DNA of 61,546 nucleotides, the filler included. It is 9 parts of 9 records of this genome, joined end to end, with 100 filler letters (N's around TTAATTAATTAA, not from the genome) between each part and the next. Parts side by side here need not be neighbours in the genome. Positions count along the whole stretch, not along the records: positions 4,199 to 13,063 come from SRR7504441_6422; positions 13,164 to 22,261 come from SRR7504441_6425; 7 more parts are not named here. One strand, given 5' to 3'. Position 1 is the first letter of the stretch. Every line of letters starts with the position of its first letter. The notes beneath the pieces were generated by a model, which did not search any database, was not told the DNA's origin, and saw nothing but the letters and a program-made list of their open reading frames with translations. Both the position numbers and the translations under genes were made by a program. Positions 10,156-22,361 of this stretch are shown piece by piece.

Positions 10156-12972
10156 ATGGGTTTGGCCGGAAGGCAGGCTGTGGTCTCTCTGCTGGCACTC
10201 ATCTCCGCGGCCGTGGGCGCCTCACCGTTCGGCGCCAGTGCGCGCTGGATCTCGCCCATCGGTCCGGTCCCGAACGGCACCTTCGTGGCCTACCGGGCGA
10301 GCATCGGCCTCGGGTCGGCCTGCGAGCAGGCCTCGGTGAGCGTGGCGGCCGATACAAAGTACTGGCTGTACATCAACGGCGAGCTTGCCGTGTTCGAGGG
10401 CGGCCTGAAGCGGGGCCCTACACCCACTGCAGGCTACTACGACGCGGTGGACCTGAGCAAGGCTCCCTGGAGGCCCGGTGCAAACACAGTGGCCGTGCTG
10501 GTGCTTTACCTGGGCCGGCGCACGGTGCCGCCCGGCCAAACCTGGTGGAACAACGAGCACGCAGACTCGGGCGCCCACGGCCTTCTGCTCTCTGGCAGCG
10601 TCTGTGGCGCGCCGCTAGTGACGGACGGCAGCTGGAGGGCGGTGCCGCACCCGGCATACACGAACGACTTGAGCAGCGACCTTAGTCCAAACTTTCGCTT
10701 TTCCGAGCCGGATATCATCTTTGATGCGGCCGCCGATGCCGCGATGTATGGATGGACCCGTCGAAGCTTCGACGCCACCAACTGGCCGAGCGCTGTGGTG
10801 CGCGCCTTGCCTGGGGATGCGCCGTGGGGAGCGCTGCATGAGAGGCCGATCCCGCTGTGGCGGCGGTCGGTGCACCAGCAATACGCGGCGGTGCAGTTTG
10901 AAGAGGATGCGCACGACGGCGATGGCTTCCTCCGGCTGAATGCTACCGACATCCCTGGTCAGGATCTGCACACGCGATTGCCAAAGGGCTGCTGCAACAC
11001 TGCCGACACGTGCAAAGCGGCGTGCCTGGCTGTAGCTAGCTGCAAAGCGGCCGTCTGGAGTGCGAGTGCTACTAGCTGCAATTTAAAGGGGAGCACACAT
11101 ACGACAGCCGTTTCTGGCGGCCCGCACACAGTGTTTGTTCGTGCGTATCATAGGCTGATTGGCCACCTGCCCCACGATGCCCAAGTAACACCGACGCTGC
11201 AGTTGGCCGGACCAAGCAGCAATACGACAGGGGTGCGGATCGACATTCGAACAGACTCCTACTTGACCGACGGCTCGAGCAAGGACAAAGCTGCTGGGCT
11301 GGGCATCCCCAACACTCGGGCAGCGTATATAGTTGGTGCATCCTCAGAAATGTACGAGAGCCCTGGTTGGATGGTCGGGCATCAAATCATCTACAGCGTT
11401 GACGTCTTGTCGCCACTCAACATACAGACACTGAACGTAGGATTCTTCCACTCGGGCTATGACAGCCAGCTGACCGGCGCTTTCCGCTGCGACGTCCCTG
11501 CATTGAACACGCTCTGGCGAAAGGCGCAGCGAACCTTGTATGTGAACATGAGGGACAACTGGATGGACTGCCCGGACAGAGAGCGGTCTCAATGGACCTT
11601 TGACGTGGCGATGGATGTGCACCAGGCATTCTATGCGCTGGACTCCACCTCGCACTTGCTCAGTCGAAAGTGGATCAAGGAGCTGGCTGCTTGGCAAAAG
11701 GTTGATAGCAGCTCCATCGCCTACAAGCCCGACTACGCGCCACTCTCGATCTACGCACCTGTACCGGGGCACTGGACGATGGAGCTGCCCAATCAGAGCT
11801 TGCAGTCCATCGCGTATGGGTTTGCGACCTATTGGGACCACACAGGCGACTTTGAGACCATTCAGGCGGCCTTGCCTGCAGTTGTCAGCTACCTTCTTAG
11901 CTACAAGATCACTACAGCCACTGCTGGGCTACTAGTGGTGCCGCGCACGTGCCCGGGCAAACCCCACGCGGCAGACATAACGTGCGACGCCATCTGGGAC
12001 TGGTGCGATGGGCAATCCACTAATTGTGATTACGCTCCAATAGACAACGCCTGGTATTTTTGGGCTCTCAACTCTACCGTTCGGATGGCGCACGCTGTTA
12101 ACGCTACCCGAGCCGGTGGAGAGGTGACAATCGCGCAGCTGCAGGATCTAAGCCACCGGGCGGCTGGGTTGGCGCTGGGCTTTGAGGCCGAGTTCTGGGA
12201 TGAGAGCTGCAGCTGCTATCGCTCCGAGGCCCACCGCCAGCGACAGCAACCAACGACCCACTGTCTGACGAAGCAGGACAACTGCACGCTGCCTGATGAT
12301 CGGGCGAATGCGCTTGCTATCGTCACAGGTCTCGCACCGGAGCGCAAGTGGAAGGCGATCGCACGCAGTGTTCTGGACCTATCGTCGCCCACAGCAGTGG
12401 CAAACAGCTCGACAGCTATGGAGAAGTTTGTGTTGGAGGCGCTGTTCTTGGCTGGGGAGCCCGAGGCCGCGCTGGCCAGGATGCAGGCTCGGTTCGGCCC
12501 GATGATCAGGCACAACCTAACCACGCTCTGGGAGCATTGGGAGGCCGACCCGGTCACCGGCGACCCAATCTCTGGCTACAACCATGGCTGGTCAGGCGGG
12601 GCACTTGTGCTGCTCTCGCAGTACGTGGCTGGGCTCGCACCGCTCTCAGCTGGCTGGGGCGCGTTCCGAGTTCAGCCTGAGCTAGGATCCAGCTTGAATG
12701 CGGTATCTGCCACAGTGGCAACGGCTCATGGCAACGTGCACGTTGAAGTGCATCGGAGGCATTCAGACGAACTTCGGGTATGGTTAGAGGTGCCGGACCA
12801 AAGCACAGCGCACCTGAAGCTGCCCACAAGCTTTGATGTTGGACGGGCCGAAGTGTGGCTGTCCAAATCCGGTGAGCCACTTGACAGCAAGCTAAAGGAG
12901 CCCGCTGTATTGGTGCATGGCCCTGGACTGGCGCTAGGCCCAGGGGCGTGGAGCCTTTCTGCTACTTGTTAG
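10156..12972 (+). CDS. Secreted alpha-L-rhamnosidase-like glycoside hydrolase (GH78) with inserted PAN/Apple domain
   Basis: Signal peptide from ATG 10156; ADTKYWLYING..GGLKRGP, NMRDNWMDCPDRERSQW, WDWCD, TTLWEHW, NHGWSGG, FRVQP. PAN-like TDIPGQDL...CKAAC....CKAAVW....CNLK. Confidence 0.88.
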   Translation: MGLAGRQAVVSLLALISAAVGASPFGASARWISPIGPVPNGTFVAYRASIGLGSACEQASVSVAADTKYWLYINGELAVFEGGLKRGPTPTAGYYDAVDLSKAPWRPGANTVAVLVLYLGRRTVPPGQTWWNNEHADSGAHGLLLSGSVCGAPLVTDGSWRAVPHPAYTNDLSSDLSPNFRFSEPDIIFDAAADAAMYGWTRRSFDATNWPSAVVRALPGDAPWGALHERPIPLWRRSVHQQYAAVQFEEDAHDGDGFLRLNATDIPGQDLHTRLPKGCCNTADTCKAACLAVASCKAAVWSASATSCNLKGSTHTTAVSGGPHTVFVRAYHRLIGHLPHDAQVTPTLQLAGPSSNTTGVRIDIRTDSYLTDGSSKDKAAGLGIPNTRAAYIVGASSEMYESPGWMVGHQIIYSVDVLSPLNIQTLNVGFFHSGYDSQLTGAFRCDVPALNTLWRKAQRTLYVNMRDNWMDCPDRERSQWTFDVAMDVHQAFYALDSTSHLLSRKWIKELAAWQKVDSSSIAYKPDYAPLSIYAPVPGHWTMELPNQSLQSIAYGFATYWDHTGDFETIQAALPAVVSYLLSYKITTATAGLLVVPRTCPGKPHAADITCDAIWDWCDGQSTNCDYAPIDNAWYFWALNSTVRMAHAVNATRAGGEVTIAQLQDLSHRAAGLALGFEAEFWDESCSCYRSEAHRQRQQPTTHCLTKQDNCTLPDDRANALAIVTGLAPERKWKAIARSVLDLSSPTAVANSSTAMEKFVLEALFLAGEPEAALARMQARFGPMIRHNLTTLWEHWEADPVTGDPISGYNHGWSGGALVLLSQYVAGLAPLSAGWGAFRVQPELGSSLNAVSATVATAHGNVHVEVHRRHSDELRVWLEVPDQSTAHLKLPTSFDVGRAEVWLSKSGEPLDSKLKEPAVLVHGPGLALGPGAWSLSATC

Positions 12973-13063
12973 TCGTTCAAGTTAACCGTCGATTAAACAC
13001 ACCTTGCGTTTTTCTGACTTGTTTTTTTGTTTGTTTTTTTAATCGAGAGGACACTTTAATCGC

Positions 13064-13163
13064 NNNNNNNNNNNNNNNNNNNNNNNNNNNNNNNNNNNNN
13101 NNNNNNNTTAATTAATTAANNNNNNNNNNNNNNNNNNNNNNNNNNNNNNNNNNNNNNNNNNNN
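13064..13163. other. Artificial contig-joining linker
   Basis: N-run + TTAATTAATTAA + N-run, 100 nt. Confidence 0.98.
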
Positions 13164-16100
13164 CTGAAGTTAGTTGGGAAGGAGCAGTTGCTGGTCTCCT
13201 TGAAATGGTCTTCGCCGGTCGGAGTTCCTCCAGTTTAGGGAGGGTGCTTGAACATTTATTGTCTGGAAATAGTGCCTGAGGAGGGCGCAAGGCACTGTTC
13301 ACTCTATCCCGCAGTCTTTTAGAGTCTTCATCGTTGTTTCGCTTGCTCGGCAGACTCAGCCATTTCTTTCCTGAAGCCATATATGGACCAAAGAATGCAA
13401 CAGGACCTTCACTTCTCGACGCATCTATCTGCCGCTCTGATTCACACTCCCCCCTACTACAAGTATTGACTTCTCTTGCAAAATCCTTACATACTATAGT
13501 CTCCCATTGTGGTTCAGCAGATGGGATTGGGTTCTCGCCAGCCTTTGTAACACTATCTTCAAACATTTCTGCATACAGCTCTTCAGGATCCAGGGAGAGA
13601 TATTTGGTTATAGCTGCTTCCAACTTTCCTCGATTGAGGTCGTTAACATTATAGGGAGAGGCTAAAAACCAACCCAAGAACCATTCAAATGGGGTCCCTA
13701 CGGATAGTCCCGATATTGTGACTTGCTTACCGTCTTCGTGCTCAGAGTGCAATCGATTGGCAAGTTCAAGGATTTCACTAGTCATCCATTTGACCGGATC
13801 CTCAACACCATCACTCAAAGCGTCTTGCGATGGTTGGCTTCTCAGCCCTTGAGTATCAGTACAGGTGTGGACAACTGAAATCACTGGAGGCACAATGCAC
13901 GCAGGGTCCATGGCAGCTTCTTCTGATGCTTCCCTTGGATTTGCTGCATTCAGAATCGATTCTTCCTGCCAGAGAGGCACACCTTGCCAGGTGAACGGCA
14001 GAGCTATCCCACTAGTTTCTTCCTCAGCGGCTTGGAGGTGTCCCACACCGCCATTCTCATCTACTGGAAGATCCCGTGAATTACCCTGATCAAGGAGAGA
14101 GGCAGAAAGCGGCTCCGAGTATCTAGCACGTAGTGCTGCCAATGTGGGCGCTCTATTCGACAAAGTTGGTGACCACTGGACTACAGTGTCGGGAGCACTT
14201 TCAGCAACAGGTGTCGGCTGTAGTGTAACCCCTGAAGTGAAAGCAGGACGCAGATCAGTCACTGCTTGTTGGTCCCCGTTCCGACGCAACCGAGCACGCT
14301 CCTCTATCACCAGGCGAGTGCACATCTCGTCCTTGCCCCAAACCATTCGATCCACCGCAGCTGCTGAGATTGGATGCACAATTGCATCATAGCAAATCTC
14401 AGGGATTGAATATATGCCTCCGTGAAGAGATCGTCTGCCCTTTGCACACATCGTCTTTGGGCCAACCTTGTTGCGTCGGCCTTCCATTAACAGTACGCGC
14501 TCTCGTTGGGCTCGCGCCTTCTCTTGTGCTCTTTGCAAGCGCTCCTCTTCAGCCCACTTAAAGAATGCCTGAATTCGTGTCTCCTGATCCTTGCTCCACA
14601 ACTGAGAACGAGCTAGCCTTTGAGCCTCTTCCCTCTTTGCTACTGCGCGCTTTCCTGCTGCATGACTGTGGCGAAGCTTTGCCTGTTGTCTTTTTAGGGC
14701 TGCATCAGCTCGTCTTTTCATCGATGCTCGGGCTCGTGCATCCGCGATGGCAGCGTCAAGAGTGGCCCTGGCTTCTACGGCCTGGCGATGCTTCGCATGT
14801 TCCTCTTCTCTTTCAATTTCTTCCTGCCTAGCGTTCTCGAGCTCATTCCAGATACGGCCTGCCTCACTGGCAGCATGCTCAGCAGCTATTGCATCCCCTA
14901 GTTCACCCAGAAGCTGAGCACACTGTTCCAAGTCTCTAGCTGCATTCTCTTTTTCCAAGTCTCTGACAGCATTCTCTTTTTCATCACAGTTCACATCAGG
15001 ACTCTCTGCTGCGAGTCTTTCAGTACTTATGATGTCCTCTACCTGTTCCTTCAGCTCTGAAATTTGTATGAATCTCACTTCAGTCATATGTCTCGCGGTT
15101 TGCTTTCTGAATCGTCGTATGAGATTCTTCAAACATGCCCTAGCAAAGACCCTGAGGCTAAAAGTGTAAAGCTGGTAAAAGGCAACACTTAAAGCTATCT
15201 GTGCTCCTATCTCCTCTTTGAGCTCTGAAAGAGCGTCATACCAGGCAGACACTGCACTTGCCAGTTCCATCATTTGAGAATGCCGAATGCGTTTTCTTAT
15301 TAGCGCAAAGGTCCGTTCAATCCTTCTTGCATGCTCTTGTAGTTGTAGCTGATAACTCTCTTCAGCAGCCATTTGGCGTCGCTCATCAGCTTCTAATAAT
15401 TCAAACTCACGCTGCGTGTTCTCTTTCCACGCTTCAAGGTAGTAGTCGATCGACATTCGAGACACGTGATGCAACCATTGTTGCAGCACTACTGTAACAG
15501 TCCCAGAGTTTTGTCTTTCTGTCTCGTGTATGGCCTCGATCTCTTTCTTGATACAGCAGATGGCATGCTGCATCCTGCACAAATCCAAAATCGAATGCTG
15601 TAATTTGGCAAGTGTCGACACAATGTCCTCCTGTCGGATTTTGAAGCTCGTGCGCTTGGCTTCTTCACGCTCTTCTTTCCTTTTTTCAGCTTGCTCGTGC
15701 ATATAGCGACGCCTTGCCTCCATCTGTGCGACCATTGCCTCGTCTTTCAGACGCTGACGCTCTTCCTCTTGTTCTGCCTGGCGATGTTCCTCTCCGTTCC
15801 ACTGAACCAACATATCGAGAAAATCTGTGTATTCTAGTGGGTCCACGCTAACACACCATAAATCCGCCAGCTCAAATAACCCAACGGCAAAACGGTCCTT
15901 GGATATACTCTCTGCACCCCCCTGATCACTTCGCCAGTCGTCTTCAAAGCAGGCGATTGCTTCGCTTTCCTCAATACCAGGTGCAATACACTCTGCGAGC
16001 TTGAGGTATTCGTGGCGGTATGCTTCCTTGGTGAGCTGCTCGCAGCCAAGCGGTGATTGCATTCGTTTCACAGCTGACCAAAAGTCATTCAACCCCTTCT

Positions 16101-18189
16101 GAATCATTGGGTGTCTGAACAGAGCTTTCCGCTTTGCTCGAAACTCGGGGAGCAGCATCAACTTGTCAACTTCATGAATGTACTTTCGCCAGTCGGTGAT
16201 CCCATGTGGACGCCATTTCACCCATCGTCTCTTCATTGCCTCTTGAGCATCCTTCTTCTTGACTTTAAACTTCTTGACTTTTACCTTTTTCTTTTTCTTT
16301 CGGGGTGGGTCAACAAACCAATAAGTCCAGCGCGAGTACTCTATCCACCATGGCCGTGGATATCGACAGAATCGCTTGTGCCATAATCGAAATGATTTCT
16401 TTGCCTCCACATGCAGCCAGTGCTTGTATGCTGCATGTAGAGTTGGAGACATTTGTTTGTCACAATCGAACAGGTCATGGTCTGGAAGATCAGGTGCCGT
16501 CAGAAGCTGTCCGCACCCACACTTGTACATGTGATGAGTCTTAATCATGTGGTCTTCAAGTAGGACTTGTTGGAGCCACACAGCACAATCGTTGGCATAG
16601 GTCTTTGAGCCCCAGCCCTGCAGGTACTCTGCGAGCTCTTCTAGTGCGTTCACCTCGACTTTCATGTAAGCATCTCTTCTCTCGCCCGATGGTAGCAACA
16701 AAGGAATCTCACAATCTCCCCTGATTCGTTTGCTCAGTCGTTTCAAACGAGAAGCTGTTGTTTCTAAACATTTAATCGTAGAGGCATCAGTATTGGCGCC
16801 CCCTTCTAGTTTCCTCGTCCCATGCTCCTTGACAAACTGACACTGGACTTCCTTGAAAGGACACAACGCTTCATGCTGGGCCCGTGTCCCTTCGGTGAAG
16901 ATCACTTCACAGCCTCGGGCCCGGCATCTGGCAGGCTTGTAGGGACACACACCCATGTGCTCCGCCAGATCCCGAAAGGGCAACATCTGCTGGCACATGG
17001 GATGCCCGCATTTTTCAGGTCGCCATGGACAGTCTTTTTGGTGGTTGCACATGAGGCATCGAGCTTTCTGTCGCCCACAGCCATCATAGGAACAAGTAAT
17101 TGGATGCCACGGCGAGGTTTCTCCGGGGCCAAACTCATCCAAAGCTTCTGGACACCACCGCAGTACTGATATTGCACCGTGGCCTTCTGTGGGATCAACC
17201 ACTTTAGACTTTGAAGCACGAATCCTGGCACGCAATCTGGCTTTGCTCCCTTCTGCACCAAACCGGTCAGTTGCAGCAGTCAGGAGGACTGAGTCCGAAC
17301 CACGCTGTAGAATCACGATGCCACAGACAGGCGTTCCAGGGCTGTGTCCCTCATATACCTGCAACGACTCACCAGAGCCCAGGACACGCCTTTGCATATC
17401 TCCATTTGCGAATCCAAGAATCACAATGTTCTCCACGCCAGTGCTAACCACTGCTGTGAGCGCCGCATGCTGCGTCCACAACACTGACAAGCAGCTGTTT
17501 TCTTTGAGCTCCCAGAGCCGCACCGAGCCATCTGAGCTGCAGGTGGCAATTTCGCCCGATGGCATCTCTGTGATTCCTGTCACCCTCTGCGTGTGTCCAT
17601 AGAGCATCTTCTTGCGTCCGCCTCTCTCTCGACAGTGGCACAGATGCCCATTATCGAGGCCACATACAAGTCTGGCCTCGTCACTCTGCGTTGCTAGCGC
17701 AGTAACCCGAACATCGAATTCCTGCAACATTCCGGTCCGGACAGTCGCCGCCGAGGCCCTCTGAGAAGGCAAATCCCACCACCGCACACAGCCGTCCAAC
17801 GAGCTGGAGATCACTTTTGTGTGACCAGAGCTGACCAGCGCGGTGATTGCGTTGCTGTGCATGCAGTGGCTGGTCAGCATCTCGAGATGGTACAGACCGC
17901 TCGGTCCTCGCTGCAGTAGCCAGAGGCGCAATGAGCCATCTGCAGCACCAGAGACCACGCGCAGTAACTCGGACGGGTCGGATGGTTGGGTGATCCGGTC
18001 AGCCAACACAGCATCCACCGGGGCATCGTGTGCCTTGACGTGCGCCAGCAGGGCAGCGTCACCCGTGGCCGCCAAAGCAAAGAGTTCACCAGATTCGACC
18101 CCAGCCACGGCCAGCTCGCCGCATGCTGCGAGGCTCCGGACAGATGGGATCGGCAGCAGCAGCGTCGTGCCCGACCGCCTGCGTGGCAT
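13164..18189 (-). CDS. Large WD40 + TRAF-type zinc finger + coiled-coil protein (3' truncated)
   Basis: WD40 repeats (SGAADGSLRLW, SSSLDGCVRWWD, GHTQRV..CSSDGSVRLWE); TRAF-ZnF-like CPWRPEKC..C..H..CPYKPARC..C..H..CPF; long Glu/Arg/Ala-rich helices. Intronless frame of about 5 kb. Confidence 0.8.
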
Positions 18190-18849
18190 TCAGACAGCCG
18201 GCCGCCACGCGCGACAGCTCAAGTCTTGTGCTCTATTTTCAGCGCACTGTCTGGGGTGAAGCGCCACGTCGCCAGTGCTGGGGGGTCCTAGTGTAGTTCC
18301 GCGGGACACAACGGGCTTGGGATTTGCCTCGCCGGAGCCTGCCGACCGCCTCTCCGTGGCGCTATATCTATATCGAGATCCGGGATATAACGACAATGCA
18401 AGTATTACTTATATACGTAGACTACGTATACCGGCCGTACACTACAGCTGTACGGTACCTATGTGTGTAGTTGCGTTGCACTAGCGTTGCACTGTTGTCG
18501 ATCAGGCTTACGCCTGTAAGAGTGAGGTATATCGGCAGTGCTTATGACAGACACGCCGGCCGAATACCGGCGCCCAACAAGATTCGGCCTTGGAAGCTAG
18601 ACGCGACCAAAGAGGACTGATCCTCGTTAATTACGAACACCCGATAGAATTAATGTACGTAGCTGTACAAGACTTCGTATCAGAAAGTAATCAGAAAGGC
18701 AGAAGACCATTGATGCGTCGAGACTTGAGAATGTATTGAGAATGAATCATTTTATGCTGCGTGAACCTAGCGTGAAGCGACTAATCACTTTCCTGAAGCT
18801 CATACCCCTTACAGTGGCTAGCTGACTGCATATTCAGGTCGACCGGCAT

Positions 18850-21800
18850 TCAGCGTACTTGGGTACCAAGTTCTTGAATGCTTTTGATGAAGAGGCGGGC
18901 AGCTTTGCGATAGGCAACTTTCGTGATTCGGTTGAACTGTTGCACCGTGTGACTAGGTACAAGCGATGCAAAAATTGGACCAAGACTCGCCTGACTTTGT
19001 ATTGGCAATTTTGTCAAGATACCATGGGCTGCTGCCTCATAGTTTTGCAAATTCCCCAGCACAAGGGCATGCAAGGAATCCGCCACACCGTCTAGGATCA
19101 AGTTCGTTGCTCGTGCCTCGAAGAGCATCATTGACAGGAGTCTATGCAGTGCCCAAGGACAGAATGCTGCAGCGTTTGCTAGCACGCTGGGATTCTGTGA
19201 AGGCTTTAGGATCCCTGCTGAAATCGCTGACAAACTTCCGATTGCATGCATGCGCACATTTGGCTCGGTGAGCTTGATGCCTGAATCGAGAACTGTCACT
19301 ACAGCCTGAAATACTTCAGGTGCCAACTGCAGCAGTGCAGTGTCAGCACTGTGTGCTACGGTATTCAGCATCGAATGAGCCCGCTGCTGCACCTTTGGAA
19401 CATCTAACACAGATGTCCGCATGAGTGTCAACATAGCGGGCAGACTGCCTTGCACTAGTGTGCTCTCAGCCCCAGTATACTCGATTGCAGTCTCCAGAGT
19501 GAGAAGCAGCGCCGCAACCACACTGAATTCTCCATCAAACGCTTCTTTCTCGGTTTCTCTACCAACAGCAGCCTGCACCTGACATACTTGTTGGCACAGA
19601 CCCTGGTGCAGACTTGCAATGAGTGCAGTTAGGGAAGCATCCCTCTCTTCCAAGTAACCGCTGGTCTCCATCAGTGCACAGCCATATTTGAGCATCCGAG
19701 TTGCTGCTTTAGCATTCCCAAGAATGCTCAGATCTGGAATGTCAGCAACAAGATTCGGCAATAGCGATGCTGAATGCTGCAGGGCTATTTTGCGAACCTC
19801 TGGGGGCAGCACTTGAACAGCCACAGCAGCCCCGCGACCAATTGCACACAAAGTGTGAGCATTATGATGGAGTTTCCCGCTCCCCATGAGCATAGGCCAG
19901 ACTTCCGTCTCACAACGATGATTCTCATAATAGCTACCTCGGAGGATGGCCTGCACTAATTTTCGCACATCCTGTGCTTCTAAGTTTCCGAGCAGTTGGC
20001 CCAGCAGTCCAATAACACGCCACCAAGCATCCAGTCTAGTCAAGACCTTCCTCACCATGTGGCGCGTAGTGAGAGTTGCCAATAACTCAGCTATGCTTGG
20101 AGCCATCTCAATTGCTAGGGGGCCTCTTAGCCACTGATCCACAATGTTGATGATAGTCTCAAGCAAGTTGCATGCTGTCTGTTCGTTTCCAAAGTGATCT
20201 GAAATCTGTGTCGAGTCTGGTTCAAGAAATAACCAAGTTGCACTCCAGCGTCGAAGAAATCCACTGAGTCCTAGTGTCAAGATCATTACTGCCCTCCGCC
20301 ACTCCAACGAGGAGCCGTCTAGAGAAAGCTGAGGTAGAAGCAACAATGCACGAAATAATGTGTTTGTCAGAAGAACCACAGCAGAAGTCACATCTAGAAT
20401 GACAAACTGTTCTGGGACTTCTGGAGTTTCTCCCTCGACTGAGTCTGCGAGGACAAATGCAGCAAGTCGGACGATGCATGACATCTCGAGTGCTGCGGTG
20501 GTATCCTGAAAACCATAAACAGATCAAACGGCTTGTGTGACGCTGACTTACTTGTTGGGCAGACAGTTGTGCAATCCTTCCATCAAGTGCCGATGTGAGC
20601 ATGCCACACGATCCCGCAGCGTCCATACGGGCTACACAGGCAATGCCCACCAGGCGATCATCAATCAGATCATCCTGATAGAACTCGTCCTCAGAGTCGA
20701 TGCGTGCGCTCTGTACCAGTGCTGCCTGGAGGTACTGCTGAAACAGTTGCCTAGCAGCAGGAGCAAGCTCCCTCGCAAACTCTGGCGTCTCGCGGCTAGT
20801 TGAGAGTACCACCTTCACAGACAGAGATTGATCCAGGCACAATCAGCAGAACTAGCATAATGCTAAATTACCCAGGCATCAAGCAGTGCATCAAATGCTT
20901 CCATCTGCTCCCAGGGCTGCTCGTCGTCAAATGGCTGACAAGAAAGCACATGAACCGAGAGCCCCGCCAGGTCTGGAAGGCACTGGCGCAAATGGGCTGA
21001 GGCTAGCACCCCCGTCACCTGCAGAGGTTGATGCAGCTGAGCAGGCCAGCTAGAGCACCTTGGCACCCAGTACCACGCGCGACACCACTGTGCACCAATC
21101 CAAGCGTTCAGCCGATGGCACAGCCGAAGCCCCCGGCAGAGTGGACAGCTGCTGTAAACTGGCCCTTAAGATCAGACCGAGGTAGTCCCACCGACTCTGG
21201 TCATTGGCCCAGATTTGGCCACGAATTGAAGATAGCTGTAGGATCACCAGTCGCACCTGGAGCGAGATTAGCTCAGGGTGCTCTGCGAGCTGGCGCGCCT
21301 GTCGGGACAGTGCTTCGTCGGAGCGCAGCCTGGAATGTACGCTGATCAGCAGCTCGAGCAGCCCCGGGCTGCTGACCAGACCTCGCCATGAGCTACTCGG
21401 GTAACACCAGCTGCAAACCCAGCTTTGAGCAACTCACAGCCTGGGCCGCACTCACCGGGCCTCGAACTCGTCGCTGTAAGCTGCGCTCCGCGGCCTTGAA
21501 CCCCAGTGCCAAGAGAAGCCAGCCAGACACAACCCTAGCGCCAGCTTGCATAGCTGCCGAGGGCCGGACCCATCCAACTGCTGCAGCTCACGCAGCGCGA
21601 GTTCCTCTAGTTGGAGCAGCGCGCCGCTTTGCTCAAACATCAGATGGGCCTGAACCAGCCCGTCGGTGCTGTCGTCGTCAAACTCCTCCACAATCGCCAG
21701 GCTGGTCCGGAGCCCGAGCACCCGCATCTGAACCGAACTAGCGCCCATCCGCTGGATGTCGGCCAGCATTATCCCGATCGCCTGCTCGAATGAGCCGTCG

Positions 21801-22138
21801 GCGCACCCAGCCACCAGCGCGCCGGTGACGGTCCGGAGCAGCTGGCCGGTCACCACGTTCTCCAGCCTGTGGGCCGCCAGCTGCTCGAGCACCCAGATCC
21901 GCATCGCCTCGCGGGCTTGGGCAGGCATCCCGCGAACGTGCTTGGCCAGCGCCAGCGCCGCCTGGAACTGGGCTGCGGAAGAGCTGCTCGCGGCCACGAT
22001 GTGTTGGCAGGCCGGGCAGAGGTCCGCCGCCGCCTGGAACTGCTCCAGCGTGGCCAGCGCCGAGCCCCGGGTGGCCGGGTCGTGCATCTGGCTGCATGCC
22101 TGCTCGACAGCAGCCTGCACCTGCTCGAACTGGGCCAT
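18850..22138 (-). CDS. XPO4: Exportin-4-like karyopherin, multi-intron
   Basis: N-terminal HEAT/IBN_N-like segment (AQFQAALAL), FYQDDL..DRL.GIACVAR, VLADSVEGETPEVP and LRRWSATWL resemble XPO4; spread over ORFs 21452-22138, 20222-20842 and 18850-20484. Confidence 0.72.
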
Positions 22139-22261
22139 GCCCGCAGAGGTGCTTGCGCCCGGCGAATCAACGGCACAAGCTAAGCTCTCCGTATTCCCGG
22201 GGCAAGTGTATTTTATGCTGTAGATTCTGGCCGTGAAAACCCTGTAGTTTTAGAGCTCTCC

Positions 22262-22361
22262 NNNNNNNNNNNNNNNNNNNNNNNNNNNNNNNNNNNNNNN
22301 NNNNNTTAATTAATTAANNNNNNNNNNNNNNNNNNNNNNNNNNNNNNNNNNNNNNNNNNNN
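22262..22361. other. Artificial contig-joining linker
   Basis: N-run + TTAATTAATTAA + N-run. Confidence 0.98.

Noticed and set aside
9958-10280. Apparent 5' overlap of the SAM gene and the GH78 gene
   Set aside because: The ORF caller used upstream alternative starts. Plausible ATGs at 10064 (minus) and 10156 (plus) remove the overlap.
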